From Eledone cirrhosa (taxonomy: Eukaryota), in assembly GCA_964016885.1 (NCBI GenBank), contig OZ024746.1:5952001-6016000 (forward strand): a stretch of 64,000 nucleotides of DNA. Direction: 5' to 3'. The translations under genes were made by a program, and so were the position numbers. Positions 40,350 to 53,505 of the stretch are shown here, one piece after another. The notes beneath the pieces are model-generated. The model searched no databases. It had not been told where the DNA came from and worked only from the letters and a program-made list of their open reading frames with translations. The first letter of the stretch is position 1. Every line of letters starts with the position of its first letter.

Positions 40350-41154
40350 AATGAGACTTTTTATGCTTAACGATATATGACTTTGTCGCCTCAATCAATT
40401 GTGTGATCCTTTTGGATGATGTGTCTTGATAACACTTCAGTCTATATTTTATTTTTTACTTTGATTCTATTTACTCAACATTAACTCTTTTGGACGGTTT
40501 GGAAAAAAAAATTATTATTATGACTGAACTTTTTTCAAGTGAATAATGAAAAATATTTTTTTTAAATGCATAATGAAAAATATTTTTTGGCGGATGTATG
40601 TTTAAAATTTATATTTGAATTGCATGCCTCCTCTTATTAATTTTATAGATTTTCTTTACTACTTACGATATATGGATTTCACTGTATTTAATCTTTCTGT
40701 TGCAGCATATTTTACAATGTTTCTCTAATAGCAGGTTTTTAAAATTTTTTAATCTCTAATACATTTATCTGCTCCTAATTTTTATTGTACTTATCTGCTC
40801 CTATTCTTCTTATGTCTCTTCCGCTTCTGTTATCTTATATCTTATATAAATGTTGATACTTATGGTTATCTAGCCGCCCATATCATGTATCCTCCTAATG
40901 TTCTTGTCAGATTGTTTTGATATATTCATGTTTGACCTTTATTAACTACTCCAATGAACTCGGCCTTGCGCTAGGATGAAACGATCGTAAGTGATTAAAT
41001 GTTTTAAACACTCTTTGATTGTCATTTATATTGTATTTCAGCTGTGTAGTATACTCTTTATTTTACATTGAGCTTTTTCCATACTTGTAATTGGGTAATT
41101 GCGTAATATTTATTATTACCCACACACACACTATATATATATATATATATATAT

Positions 41155-41217
<63 letters not shown>

Positions 41218-41227
41218 CATACATATA

Positions 41228-41512
41228 TTGACGAAGTTCACACAGTTTGACATTATCGATTTTTACCCGTCGAACTCAGAGACCATGTTAAACAAAGCGT
41301 TGGACTTCGCTACCACTTATACCACCGTCGATGGTTTAGACAGGGAAATCTTCACTCACTGCCGGGAAACCCCCCTCTTTAACGACGGAGTAGCCTGGGC
41401 AAAGACGTCTACAACTTCAGACCTATTCGACGTCTCCATGGGATCGTTTGACAGTGCTGACGTATGTGACTTGGTTGGCCTATTTATCTTAGACAAAATA
41501 AAAATAAGATAA
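41228..41512 (+). pseudogene. Penelope-like (Naiad-like) RT fragment
   Basis: FTQFDIIDFYPS...LNKALDFA...FDVSMGSFDSADVCDLVGLFIL. Confidence 0.85.
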
Positions 41513-42409
41513 TAGATTTAGGCATGCTAAAGTTAAATATATACGTATATATAAAAGGGTGTAAATGCATTGATTATTCATAGTTCAAAATAAATGATAA
41601 TCAATAAATTTAGCTAAAAATTATGTATAGAATGATACATGGAGGTTTATATGGATATAAATTAGGTATTATTGATATAAATTATGTATTATTGATACAG
41701 TATACTTTAGGTAAATGATAACAGTTATAATTTTATATAATAAGGTTCGAAACGTGTTATAGTTAAATATATATATATATATAAGAAAAGCAAGGACAGT
41801 TTACACTGTTGAATATTTCCTAAATATAAACTTTACCGAAGAATCAATTGTCAACTTATGGTATGTAAATCTTATGAAGTACTTATTGTTAGAAATATTT
41901 AATTAACGATTATGTATATAGATATTTATTAATGAGCCAGTATATTTTAGGTAAATGATAACGAAAAAAAAAATAATAGATTGAGGCATGCAAAGTTAAA
42001 TATATACCAATATAACAGGGTGTAAATGCATTAATTATTCATAGTTCGAAATAAATAATAATCAAAAACACATGAAAAATTCACAGTTAGAAATAAGTTC
42101 CATAAAAATGTATGGGTTGGATATTAAACTAAAATTTAAACCTTAGATAGGAAGATAAAGATAGAGAAATAAAGAAATAATGGTATGGATCAAAATTAAT
42201 AATTATAATATTATGTTATGTATATCAATGTTCCGGCATGTTATTGAACAAGTGTTTTTCGGTCAAGCGTTATTTCTTCTCTAGATAGATTATAAGATAA
42301 TGCAATATTAATGTTTTTAGGCCATTAATGTTTTTTATATACGTCTGACAACCAAGTTTTTAATGGTTAAGTGTTTCTCTCTCTTTTTTTTTTCTCGTTT
42401 TGTGGGAGG

Positions 42410-44610
42410 CTAAGAAAGTGACGTAGCTTTGTGGAGGCAACTAGAGAATAATTCACTTTTTTGGTTAATTAAGGTCTCATAGTTATTAATAATCAGGGCC
42501 TCCATTGTACAGAGTGCGAAGTTATTTGATATACTGGAGTTGCGGTAAACTCCACAGTTCCGAAGTTTAGTCCAAAGAATGGAGTATTTTAAATTCCTCT
42601 CTTTTAATGACCATATGAGCTGTGATAAAGACGTGGATGATTTCCTCTTGGAGTTCGAGAAGGAGCATATATTGTTCGCAAATCTGGCTTTAAATGTAGA
42701 AGTCGTCGATCCTATGTAGTTGTATGTGTTGTGATCAGTTTTTACGGTGCATTTATAAACCAAGTTACTATCTAGACAATTATTTTGCAAAGAGCAATCA
42801 GATTTATTTCTACAGTTACATTTTGGTTTAGTATCATTTATGTTAATTCTATTATTAAGATCATTATGCTGGTTTTGTTTTAGGATTTTAGTGTTTAATT
42901 TGTGAATGTTTTGAGCCATGGTCATCGTTGTCGAATATGAGAATTTAATGGTATGTCAATTAAAAATGGAATGGTATTTATGTTGAGTAGGGAAAGAGGT
43001 GTCCAAAGCGTTAAAGAATAATTTTGCAATTGGTGTTTTGGCTGCGACCGAAGCGGGGGGGGGGCGAACCATATGACTGATTTAGTTCTAGTTCTTATCC
43101 TAGATTTATTTGACGTATGGGTGTTTGAATTATAATTATTAGAGTTTTTCTTATATATGTTATTATTTTTATTAAGATTAATACTTGGATTATTATTATC
43201 TACATATTCTATATTATTCATATATCCTGCTCTTTTTAACGCGTTGTTGTAGTATTCAGGGTTTTCGTCGAATATAGATTTACTGGCTGATATTTTATTA
43301 ATTCGGTTTTTGCACACTATTTACTATAGCTTTTTTTTTTTACAGATTTAGGGTGATTGGAATGGTTACTAACATAGTTTAAGTTTCCATTGGGCTTATG
43401 AAAAGGGTAATAGAAGCCAGTGTTTAAGTTAAAGGTAACGTCTAGGAAATTAACTATTTTGGTACCATTTTCTACTCCTAACTTAATATCGTACTTTTTA
43501 AAGAATTCTATTATACTTTTCTTTACTCTATTTAGTTCTATATTGTTGTGTTTGACCACGGTAAATAAAATGTCGTCCCTATATAAACCACCGGTAAGTT
43601 TTCTATTTATCATATTTAATATGAAAATTCCCAGAAGATCTGTGATTTGCGCGGAATCGGATGCCCCCATAGTGATATCAAAATTTCTATCTCTATCTGA
43701 GCGGGTCCAATATTCGTTGTTGAAGTTAATAAGAGTTATTCTGGCTGTTAGTATTATGTCTATTCCATCCGTGGTTATATCAGTATGCTTATAAGCATAT
43801 GAAAGAGCCTTATTTAGAAGGTTAGGTGTTATGGAAGAATAGTAGCTAGTAATGTCCATCTGGATGAATTTATGGTTTTTCTTATCTTCTATATTCTTGT
43901 ACCATTCTATGACTTCGTTTGTATCTTTCCATAAGCTCAAATTAGATCTCAATTTAATAGTGGGTAATATTCTATCTATGATGTTTTTACTGATTACTCC
44001 AATATCCGATTTCGATGGAACAATCAGTCTAACTGGCATCTCTTCCTCAAATTTTCTTTTGTGATCCTTCAAGTTAATCCTGGGCTGTCTAGGTAAAACT
44101 GGCTTGGTTCTTCCTTCTATTCCTAAATTGGTAATTAATTTGTAGGCTTCTTCGTTAATTTCAGTAAGATCATTAGCCGGGACTTTTTTGTAATTTTTCC
44201 TAAGTTCTTTTAAAATCAAATTGTTATATTCGTCTTTGTTTTATAAATTATTAGTTTTGTCAGATTTAACCAATACTTTGTTAACATTTTTTATTTCCGT
44301 GATTTTTTCTTTTAGAGTTCTAATGTATTGGTGACCTATATATGGGTTTTTCCTAAATTTAATTTGTTTGATTATACAGGGCATTTCTGTTTCAAAGACC
44401 TCCAGAAGTTTGTTGTATGGAGGATTCTTTCTTGATTTAAATAAAGATTCAAAATGATTGTTGTTGGTTTTCCTTTCAGCATCTTCATTTTCGAAATGAA
44501 AAGCTCTCCATCTCAATCTTCTAATAAAAGAGTTTGTCTGTTCGATAGTTTTCCTCATGTATTCTTCATTTGAAGGTATGGGCATATCTTTGAGGGAAGT
44601 TTAAGAAATC
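42410..44610 (-). mobile_element. Penelope-like element (Naiad-like), near full-length, disrupted ORF
   Basis: PIPS..EY...FIRRLRWRA N-terminus, FIQMDITSYYSSI, FDITMGASDSAQITDL, GGLYRDD, SNHP, KCNCRNKSDCSL, VYKCTV...YIGST, LCTMEA; four ORF pieces. Inverted flanking repeat 41797-41902 / 44716-44823. Confidence 0.9.
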
Positions 44611-45248
44611 CATATTTATTGAATATGCAATCTATTGTATAGAAAAGCGCTCTACCAGTAGGGAGCAGTATATATTAAAGAGTTATTACATAAGAGTATA
44701 TACATAATAGTTATTTAAATATTTCTAACAATAAATACTTCATAAGATTTACATACTATATATGTTGACAATGAATATCTCCGGTAAAGCTTACATTTAG
44801 AAAAATATTCGACAGTGTAAACTTTATTTTCCGCCGGTCAGCTAATTCCTTTAAAAGTTATCCTCATACGTTTAGAAATGTTAAAACACTTATTGACTTT
44901 ACAAAACTAATAAATAACCTGCAATTTAATTTAAAAAAACTAAAATCTTGACTCTTCACCCTAAAATTAGCATAAATTAAATATTTTCAAACTTAACCGT
45001 TTAACTTTCGGAAAATCTCCTACATATATTCCCTCTCTATATATATATTATCCCAGCAGCTCTCATTGCCCGCTTTCCCTGATAAATCATACATTTTAAA
45101 ATCTCTATAACTGTTACATTAGGCAACGTATTTCTTACTCACACATTCTCTATTGAATTTATTACGTTTTCACATTTCCTCATTATTAGGGTATAAATGT
45201 TAAACTTTCTCTTAACCATTTAACATCTCAGGGTATGTCATATATCAT

Positions 45249-45307
45249 TATATTTTGTCTGATGAGGACGTACTGTTGTACATCCGAAATATGTATAATA
45301 AAATGTA
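45249..45307 (+). ncRNA. type I hammerhead ribozyme
   Basis: Stem I TATATTTTGT/ATAAAATGTA (10 bp with G-U pairs), CTGATGA, stem II GGACGTAC/GTACATCC, GAAA, stem III TATGTA, TA site. Confidence 0.8.
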
Positions 45308-45344
45308 ATTGATAAAAAGAACATCTATTTTATTAATATTTGTA

Positions 45345-45427
<83 letters not shown>

Positions 45428-46282
45428 ACATCCACACGCACCTATACTCATATCGCATATATGTAAATTGAATTTTATATTTGTAAAATGACCCTAGAAG
45501 TTTTCGATTAAATTTAAGATATTGACCAATTTGTGTAATTTATAAAGAAATGCCTTTCTCGCTTTGCTTATTATGTCTTTATAATCTAATAAAAGTTTCC
45601 CCGAATATTTATTTTCCCCTGTAACATGTTTAAAGCCTAACTGTATTATTTTTACATTATCTAAACTCTTTTTTCGTGTAATATATTTAATGTTTATTTA
45701 TTTATTTATTTTTGGATATAAACAATTTGCAGTCGGATATATTGTATGTAAGAACTTCTAGGAAACATAAAACCTACATAATAATTATAAACACACAATT
45801 ATTAATCGACATTACACTTTTTTAGACGATGTCAACTCACGCGGAATTGAGCGTAAAAACGAAATTTGAAGTTGTAAAGCAATTATTTGGCAATTAAGAT
45901 ATTTTACGCAGTGGTGGCATATCTGAAATTAACCATTATAAATACACTTTATATTAAACAGGAATATATACAGACACATATCTGCCAAACTTTGGCGCTC
46001 TTTGTTCTAGCATTACATTAAAATCACTCGTTATCCCATTGTTAAGTTTAGTGCTGGTCGCTTTTTTACCTCCCACCAATCCCACCAGCCATTTATAGAA
46101 ATTTGCTTCTACTGAGTTTCCTTTCCCGCCCATTTTACATTCTAAATAAATTGAATTACAGTAATTTAAAATGAACATAAATCGTACTCATAGCGTTATA
46201 CTACACACTCATAGACATACACATACATACGCGCATGCACATCTTAACCATCTACTATGTCAGGGTATGTCATGCATCATCT

Positions 46283-46349
46283 TATTTTATCTGATGAGGA
46301 CGTACTGTTGAAGTTAACTCAGTACCTCTGAAATATGTATAATAAAATA
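46283..46349 (+). ncRNA. type I hammerhead ribozyme
   Basis: Stem I TATTTTAT/ATAAAATA, CTGATGA, stem II GGACGTACTG/CAGTACCTCT, GAAA-TATGTA-TA. Confidence 0.75.
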
Positions 46350-46407
46350 TACTTGATCACAAGAATATCTATTTTGTTAATATTTTGAATTAATATTATA
46401 TATATAA

Positions 46408-46461
<54 letters not shown>

Positions 46462-46598
46462 CAGATTAAAGCACCGATTCTTTGCTTAAACTTTAATCTG
46501 TTATTTAAAAAATATTTGCTCTACGGTTCTTACATATTTGATATATATTTATCCTTATCGAGCCCTCTTTGGGTTTTAGTCTTCCAATTTATTATTAT

Positions 46599-46686
<88 letters not shown>

Positions 46687-47182
46687 AGTGTAATTTTCTA
46701 CACAAAACGAAGGTTATAGAGAAAATTGAGGTTGGTAATGGCACATGTAATATATAGGAGACAGAATACTTTTTTGTGAAAAAACATAATTTTATAAGGT
46801 AAGGAAATAATAAAGGGTATAAAAAATGACCGGTTTCGATGGGTCTGCAAAAGCCATCTTTTCAAATGTTGATTAATATTAAGAAAAATTAATAATACGA
46901 AGAGTTAAAATTTGAGACTTGAAAATTCAAGTATAAAATTAATTGTGGGATTTCATAGCAGTTTTCATCTAGGTAGCAACAACAGGTTGACTGCTGTGTC
47001 CCTTTCTGGTAGTGAATGAGAAGTTATTTGGGGTGTGGGTTATTTTATAAAGGTCAGATTTAGCAATCACCAACTGGCCAGCTGCTGGTCAGTGAGGGGG
47101 TGGAAGCAATATACATACACATATCTTCCTGTGATGGGTAGGAGAGTGGAGCGTGATAGAAAGGGATTTAGTGCACTTACAC

Positions 47183-47226
47183 CTATATATACACACATAC
47201 CTTCATCCACACATACATACATATAC

Positions 47227-47312
<86 letters not shown>

Positions 47313-47368
47313 ATACACACACACATACATATACATACACACATACACACACACACATATATACACAT

Positions 47369-47413
<45 letters not shown>

Positions 47414-47446
47414 TATATATATACATACACATACATCCAGATACAC

Positions 47447-47489
<43 letters not shown>

Positions 47490-47835
47490 CACATATATAT
47501 ATATATACACACACACACCCACACATACATACACACACACACACACATATATATATACATACACACATACAAACATACACACACACACATATATATACAC
47601 ACATACACACACATATATATACACACACACACGCATATATATATATATATATATACACATACGCATACATCCAGATACCCACATACATACACACACACAC
47701 ACACACACGCACACACAATACATACATCCACATGCACACACATACACACACACACACATATACACATACATACACCCATACACAGAGAAATGGCCTTCAA
47801 ATATACATATATATATATACATACAGACACATATA
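47183..47835. repeat. compound (TA)n/(CA)n microsatellite
   Basis: Visible; source of several spurious long ORFs. Confidence 0.95.
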
Positions 47836-48118
47836 TTTTTTCCATAATATAAGAAGTTGGGGCAGTGAAATTAAAATACAAGTCATTCTGATCACATTGA
47901 GTTCTTCGTGTAGATTGGGCCCCGCAACCGACAGTGGTGAATTCTGTGTGCGCATATATATATAGATATATGTGTGTGCACGTGCAGGGTTTAACATGGA
48001 TGTGTTGGTCACACAAAGGCATGGTCTGTCAATGAATAAACCTGATTCTACAGAATTGGTCTCTGGTCTTTAATAGTAGTGATTCCGTGCGTATGTGTGT
48101 TTATATTTTATGACAATT

Positions 48119-50728
48119 CTATTGGGGTGATAACCCGTTTAGTTTTGGTTTAAATTTGTTAAGGAATAGATTTTCTTTGTTTATTCTTTGTTGTTGTGTG
48201 AACGAATCTGAGCACTTGTAGAAGGGGAAGATTTTAAAGTTGGGTAGTGTCATTCCTGCGCAGTTCGCAATATGGCTGCTCAAGGGGATTTTTCTTGTGT
48301 TAGCGTCCCGGATTTGTTGGCGGTGGATGGTCATTCTTTTGCGTAATGAGGTGCCGGTCTGTCCTATGTAGTTGTGTTTGCACCCACCGCAAGTTATTGC
48401 GTAAATCAAGTTCTCCGAGTTGCAGGTGAAATTGTTTTTTACTGTAAATGTTTGGCCATCTTTGAATGTAAATGTTTGTCCTTCAGTGAGGTAGAGGCAC
48501 GTTCCACAGTTTGTTCTACCACATTTGGTAACTGTAGGGTTGAGGATTGGTTTGGGTATATTTGGTCCAGTGAGAATGCGTTTAAGTGATTTGGGTTGTC
48601 TTTTACTTTTAAGGATCTTGTGTGTTTCAAGAATAGACTTCATTTTTACATCTTTAAGTAGGATGGGGAGGTTTTTGTGTAGGTGATCAAACATTTCGGT
48701 ATTTCTGGGGTTGAAAGTGGATACATATGGCAGGGTGTTGAGTGTGGTTTTCTGTTTTGGATTGTTAAGTTGATGGGGATTTAGGTGTTTTGCCCTGTCT
48801 ATTCCATTGTTGATTATTTCAAGTGGAAAGGCTCTTAAGATAAGGGTGTCTTTTAGTTCCTTTAGTCTTTGCTCCCGTTTAGGTGGATCTGATACTATGG
48901 TACATATACGTTTGGCCAAATTGTAAGGAATGTTAAGTTTTGTATGTTTTGGGTGACTTGATGTGAAAAAGAGGTATTGCTTGGAATCTGTGGGTTTATA
49001 GAATATATCTGTATCTAATTTCCCGTCTATTACAGAGATGAGAATATCCAAGAAGGCTAATTCCTTAGGATTGGATTCCATTGTGAATTGTATGTTATTA
49101 TCTATGTTGTTTATCATGTTTTTAAACGTAGTAAGTGAGTTCATGTCTTCTTGCCATAGGATAAAGCAGTCGTCTAGATATCTTTTCCAATTGGCTTTGA
49201 GGTGTGTGTGAAAAGAGTCTCCAAATAAGAGAAGGGACTGACTTTATATTTGTTGTTCATGGAATCCCATGACTAGGTTGGCATATGTGGGTGCTACTTT
49301 CGTGCCCATTGCCGTACCTGATACTTGTCTGTATGTTGAACCATTGAATGTGAAGTAGTTATTTTGTAGGATAAAGCGGAGTCCGTCAGTGATAAAATCT
49401 GTGTTGATGCGTGTCGGTATTTCTGATGGGTGTGTGTTAAGCCAGTATTGGACTGCTGTTATTCCATAGTTGTGAGGTATGTTTGTGTAGAGGTTTATTA
49501 CGTCAAAGGAGACAAGAATTGTATTTGCACTTACTGTTTTAGGGAGGTGTTTCAGCATGTCAAGGTCATCTCGTATGTAGCTCTGTATATGTTGTAGAAA
49601 GGGTTTCAGTAGGATGTCCAGAAAGTTGCTAAGTCTGTGGGTTTCACATGTAGGGCCTGCTATAATTGGCCTGAGTTTTAGGTCTTCTGGTGGTGTTAGT
49701 TCAATGTAATTGTTGGTTGAGGTGTCACATGCATCGTTTATGGGTTTACATTTGTGAAGTTTCGGTAAGCCGTAAAAAGAGCTTGTATTGCATTTGAAGT
49801 GGCTTATATAGTTAAACTCTTTTGTGGTTAAGCTGTTGCGGTATTTATTCAGTAAGGTCAAAAGGTTCCCCATTGTTTTGGTGTGTTTGTAGTTTTCTGT
49901 TTTTTCATAGTATGTGTTGTTTTCTAAAATGTTAAGTGCGAGGATCCTATAGTAGTCCGTATTCATAATGACAACAGTACTGCCTTTATCGGCTTCTTTG
50001 ATAGTTATCTCAGGGTTGTTTCTAAGTGTGAATAATTCTTCCCATTCGTGTGTAGATAGGTTTGATTTCGTGTGTTTATTTGTAATTTTTTCATAGGGAA
50101 AGTTGGTGATGTGTTCGCAGTACGTGTCCAGTGCTTTATTTCTTCCCTTTTGTGGGCAGAAATTGCTTTTATTTCTAACCAGTGATTCGTCTTCAGTGTT
50201 GGTGTCGTTGTGGAAGAATTCCGTTAGTCGCAGCTTTCGGCAGTATTCCATGATGTCATCCTTCATTTCGGGGAAGTTTGGTTTACGTCGTGTAGGTGTA
50301 AATTTCAGGCCCTTACTTAAAATGTTGATTTGTGTGTTGGTTAGAGGTGTCTTTGAGAGGTTGATTATTTTTGGTTTCTCCTGAGGGGGGGGGGGGGGGC
50401 CATCGAGTATCCTGGTATTTCAGGCTTTTCCCTAAAAAAGGAATGTAGTTTTGTGTGTGATTATATTTTGTTGGTCTGTTGCGTGTGGGTCTGTAGCTTG
50501 TTGTTTCATGAGGGTGAATGTGATGGTGGGGGTGGTATGTGTTGTGGTTGTTGATGAGCAAGGGTTCTGTTGTTGGTTCATGTGGTCTGGGTGCGTTATT
50601 TCTGTGGTACAGAGTGTTGAGGCTGGGGGGTTGTCTTTTGTTGGATTGAGGGTGATGTCTGGTGTGGTTGTGGGTAAGTTCTGTTGTGATTTCAAGTGGT
50701 CTGGGTGGATTTCTTCTGAGGAATGTGG
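48119..50728 (-). mobile_element. Penelope-like element (Neptune-like), near-intact RT plus GIY-YIG ORF
   Basis: LSKGLKFTPT, IKEADKGSTVVIM, FYGLPKLHK, LRPIIAG, SFDVINLYTNIP, GTAMGT..AP.YANL, WKRYLDD (in frame after a single TAA at 49244-49246), FLD, C....C..C, NLIYAITC..C...YIGQT. Frame breaks at the poly-G run near 50390. Confidence 0.92.
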
Positions 50729-50853
50729 TGGAAGACTAAAACCCAAAGAGGGCTCGATAAGGATAAATATATATCAAATATGTAAGAACCGTAGAGCAAA
50801 TATTTTTTAAATAACAGATTAAAGTTTAAGCAAAGAATCGGTGCTTTAATCTG

Positions 50854-50903
<50 letters not shown>

Positions 50904-51672
50904 CTTCCACCCCCTCACTGACCAGCAGCTGGCCAGTTGGTGATTGCTAAATCTGACCTTTATAAAATAACCCACACCCCAAATAACTTCTCATTCACTA
51001 CCAGAAAGGGACACAGCAGTCAACCTGTTGTTGCTACCTAGATGAAAACTGCTATGAAATCCCACAATTAATTTTATACTTGAATTTTCAAGTCTCAAAT
51101 TTTAACTCTTCGTATTATTAATTTTTCTTAATATTAATCAACATTTGAAAAGATGGCTTTTGCAGACCCATCGAAACCGGTCATTTTTTATACCCTTTAT
51201 TATTTCCTTACCTTATAAAATTATGTTTTTTCACAAAAAAGTATTCTGTCTCCTATATATTACATGTGCCATTACCAACCTCAATTTTCTCTCTCTATAT
51301 ATATATATATAAATGGAATAGAATGAAACGAAATTTCATTTCTCACTCTTAGTACGGCAGTTACTTAAATGTAAGTATGTATATATGTATACGTACATAT
51401 ATATATGTATACATACGTACAGTAGTATGTATATATATACATCCATGCACACATATATATATATGCACGTATCGGTTTACCGAACATTTATTATAATGCT
51501 CGGTTTGTTTGTATATAATGGTCGGGTTGTTTACAAATAAACCGACCATTATAATAAATGTTCGGTAAACCGATACATGCATATATATATATGTGTGTGT
51601 GCATGTGTGTATATATATACATACTACTGTACGTCTGTATACATATATGTATGTAAGTATACATACATACTT

Positions 51673-51705
<33 letters not shown>

Positions 51706-51937
51706 CTCTTTTACTCTTTTACCTGTTCCAGCCATCCGACTGAGGCCATGCTAGGGTACCGTATATATATATATATATATGGGATAACAAGTTATCGTTA
51801 TAGGTAATCCAGTTAGAGGTGAGTACTCTGCGTCTTGGATAGTTTTAACGTACGGCTTTGTTTGACTCAACAAGATGCTTCCATAGTTATGCTGCGAGTT
51901 GGCGGTAATTCCTATGTAGGTTATACTTGCAGTAATA

Positions 51938-52225
51938 ATAGTGAAAGAATGAAGAGTAACATGGTTGGCTGAACAACAAGGGGCTTTATTTCATGTATTG
52001 ACAATTGTTTCATTGATCAGGTGAGTCTAGAGGTCGCTAATCGCTCAAAGTTACGTCACTCGATCTCCATTGAAGTGTTGATCATAGGTGAATAATGTAA
52101 TGGAGATCGAGTGACGCAACTTCAAGCGATTAGCAACCTCTAGACTCACCTGATCAATGAAACAATTGTCAATACATGAAATACAGCCCCTTGTTGTACA
52201 GCCAACCATGATACTCTTCATTCTT

Positions 52226-52232
<7 letters not shown>
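51938..52232. repeat. fold-back inverted repeat (~134-bp arms, 27-nt loop)
   Basis: 51938-52071 is reverse-complementary to 52099-52232 with a few mismatches. Confidence 0.9.
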
Positions 52233-52314
<82 letters not shown>

Positions 52315-52375
52315 GAATAAAGTTAGTCCTTCATCAGTGATCTTCCAACCATCATTGGTATTTCATCGCTTTATA

Positions 52376-52461
<86 letters not shown>

Positions 52462-52606
52462 CACATACCACATATACACACACACAATTTTATATATATC
52501 TATTCATGTATGGAGCAGTATTACAAATCAGATATTCCCTGCTTGGAACTTTAAAAACAAATAAACTTTATATTACTAATAAAATAATTATTGTACTTCA
52601 GTAAAA

Positions 52607-52652
<46 letters not shown>

Positions 52653-52668
52653 GCTGCTGCTGCTACTG

Positions 52669-52727
<59 letters not shown>

Positions 52728-52773
52728 GCTACTACTACTACTGCTGCTGCAGCTACTACTACTGCTGCTGCTG

Positions 52774-52824
<51 letters not shown>

Positions 52825-53337
52825 TTACTACTACTACTATTGCTACTACTACTATTACTACTACTGCTACTGCTGCTGCTGCTGCTTCTACTACTACTAC
52901 TGCTACTGCTACTACTACTACTGCTGCTACTACTACTACTACTACTGCTGCTGTTACTACTACTGCTACTGCTACTACTACTACTGCTGCTACTACTACT
53001 ACTACTGCTACTGCCACTACTACTACTGCTGCTACTACTACTACTACTACTGCTGCTGTTACTACTACTGCTACTGCTACTGCTACTGCTACTACTACTA
53101 TTACTACTACGGCTACTGCTGCTGCTGCTGCTGCTGCTACTACTACTACTACTACTACTACTACTGCTACTACTACTACTACTGCTGCTGTTACTACTAC
53201 TGCTACTGCTGCTGTTACTACTACTGCTACTGCTGCTGCTGCTGCTGCTACTACTACTACTGCTACTGCTACTACTGCTACTGCTACTGCTACTACTGCT
53301 ACTGCTGCTGTTACTACTACTGCTACTGCTGATGCTG

Positions 53338-53393
<56 letters not shown>

Positions 53394-53505
53394 GCTGCTT
53401 CTGATACTACTACTACTGCTGCTACTGCTACTACTGCTATTACTACTACTGCTGCTGCTCTACTGCTGCTACTGCTGCTGCTGTTGCTGCTACTACTACT
53501 ACTGT
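52607..53505. repeat. ~900-bp compound (CTA/CTG)n trinucleotide tract
   Basis: Visible; contiguous with the tail of a reverse SINE at 53528. Confidence 0.95.

Larger units (their letters stand above)
45211..46390 (+). mobile_element. degraded PLE remnant between two direct hammerhead-bearing pLTR-like repeats
   Basis: Direct repeats ~45211-45345 and ~46243-46390, each ending in (TA)n; interior has faint GIY-YIG-like residues (LNRNIYRHISAKLWRSL). Confidence 0.55.

Noticed and set aside
47035-48022. Long YI/HT/CV-rich ORFs
   Set aside because: Translations of dinucleotide microsatellites; the same applies near 12.6, 28.0, 36.5, 58.0 and 61.2 kb.
49244-49246. Programmed stop readthrough or selenocysteine in the PLE RT
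   Set aside because: The codon is TAA, not TGA; a point mutation from a Tyr codon is simpler.
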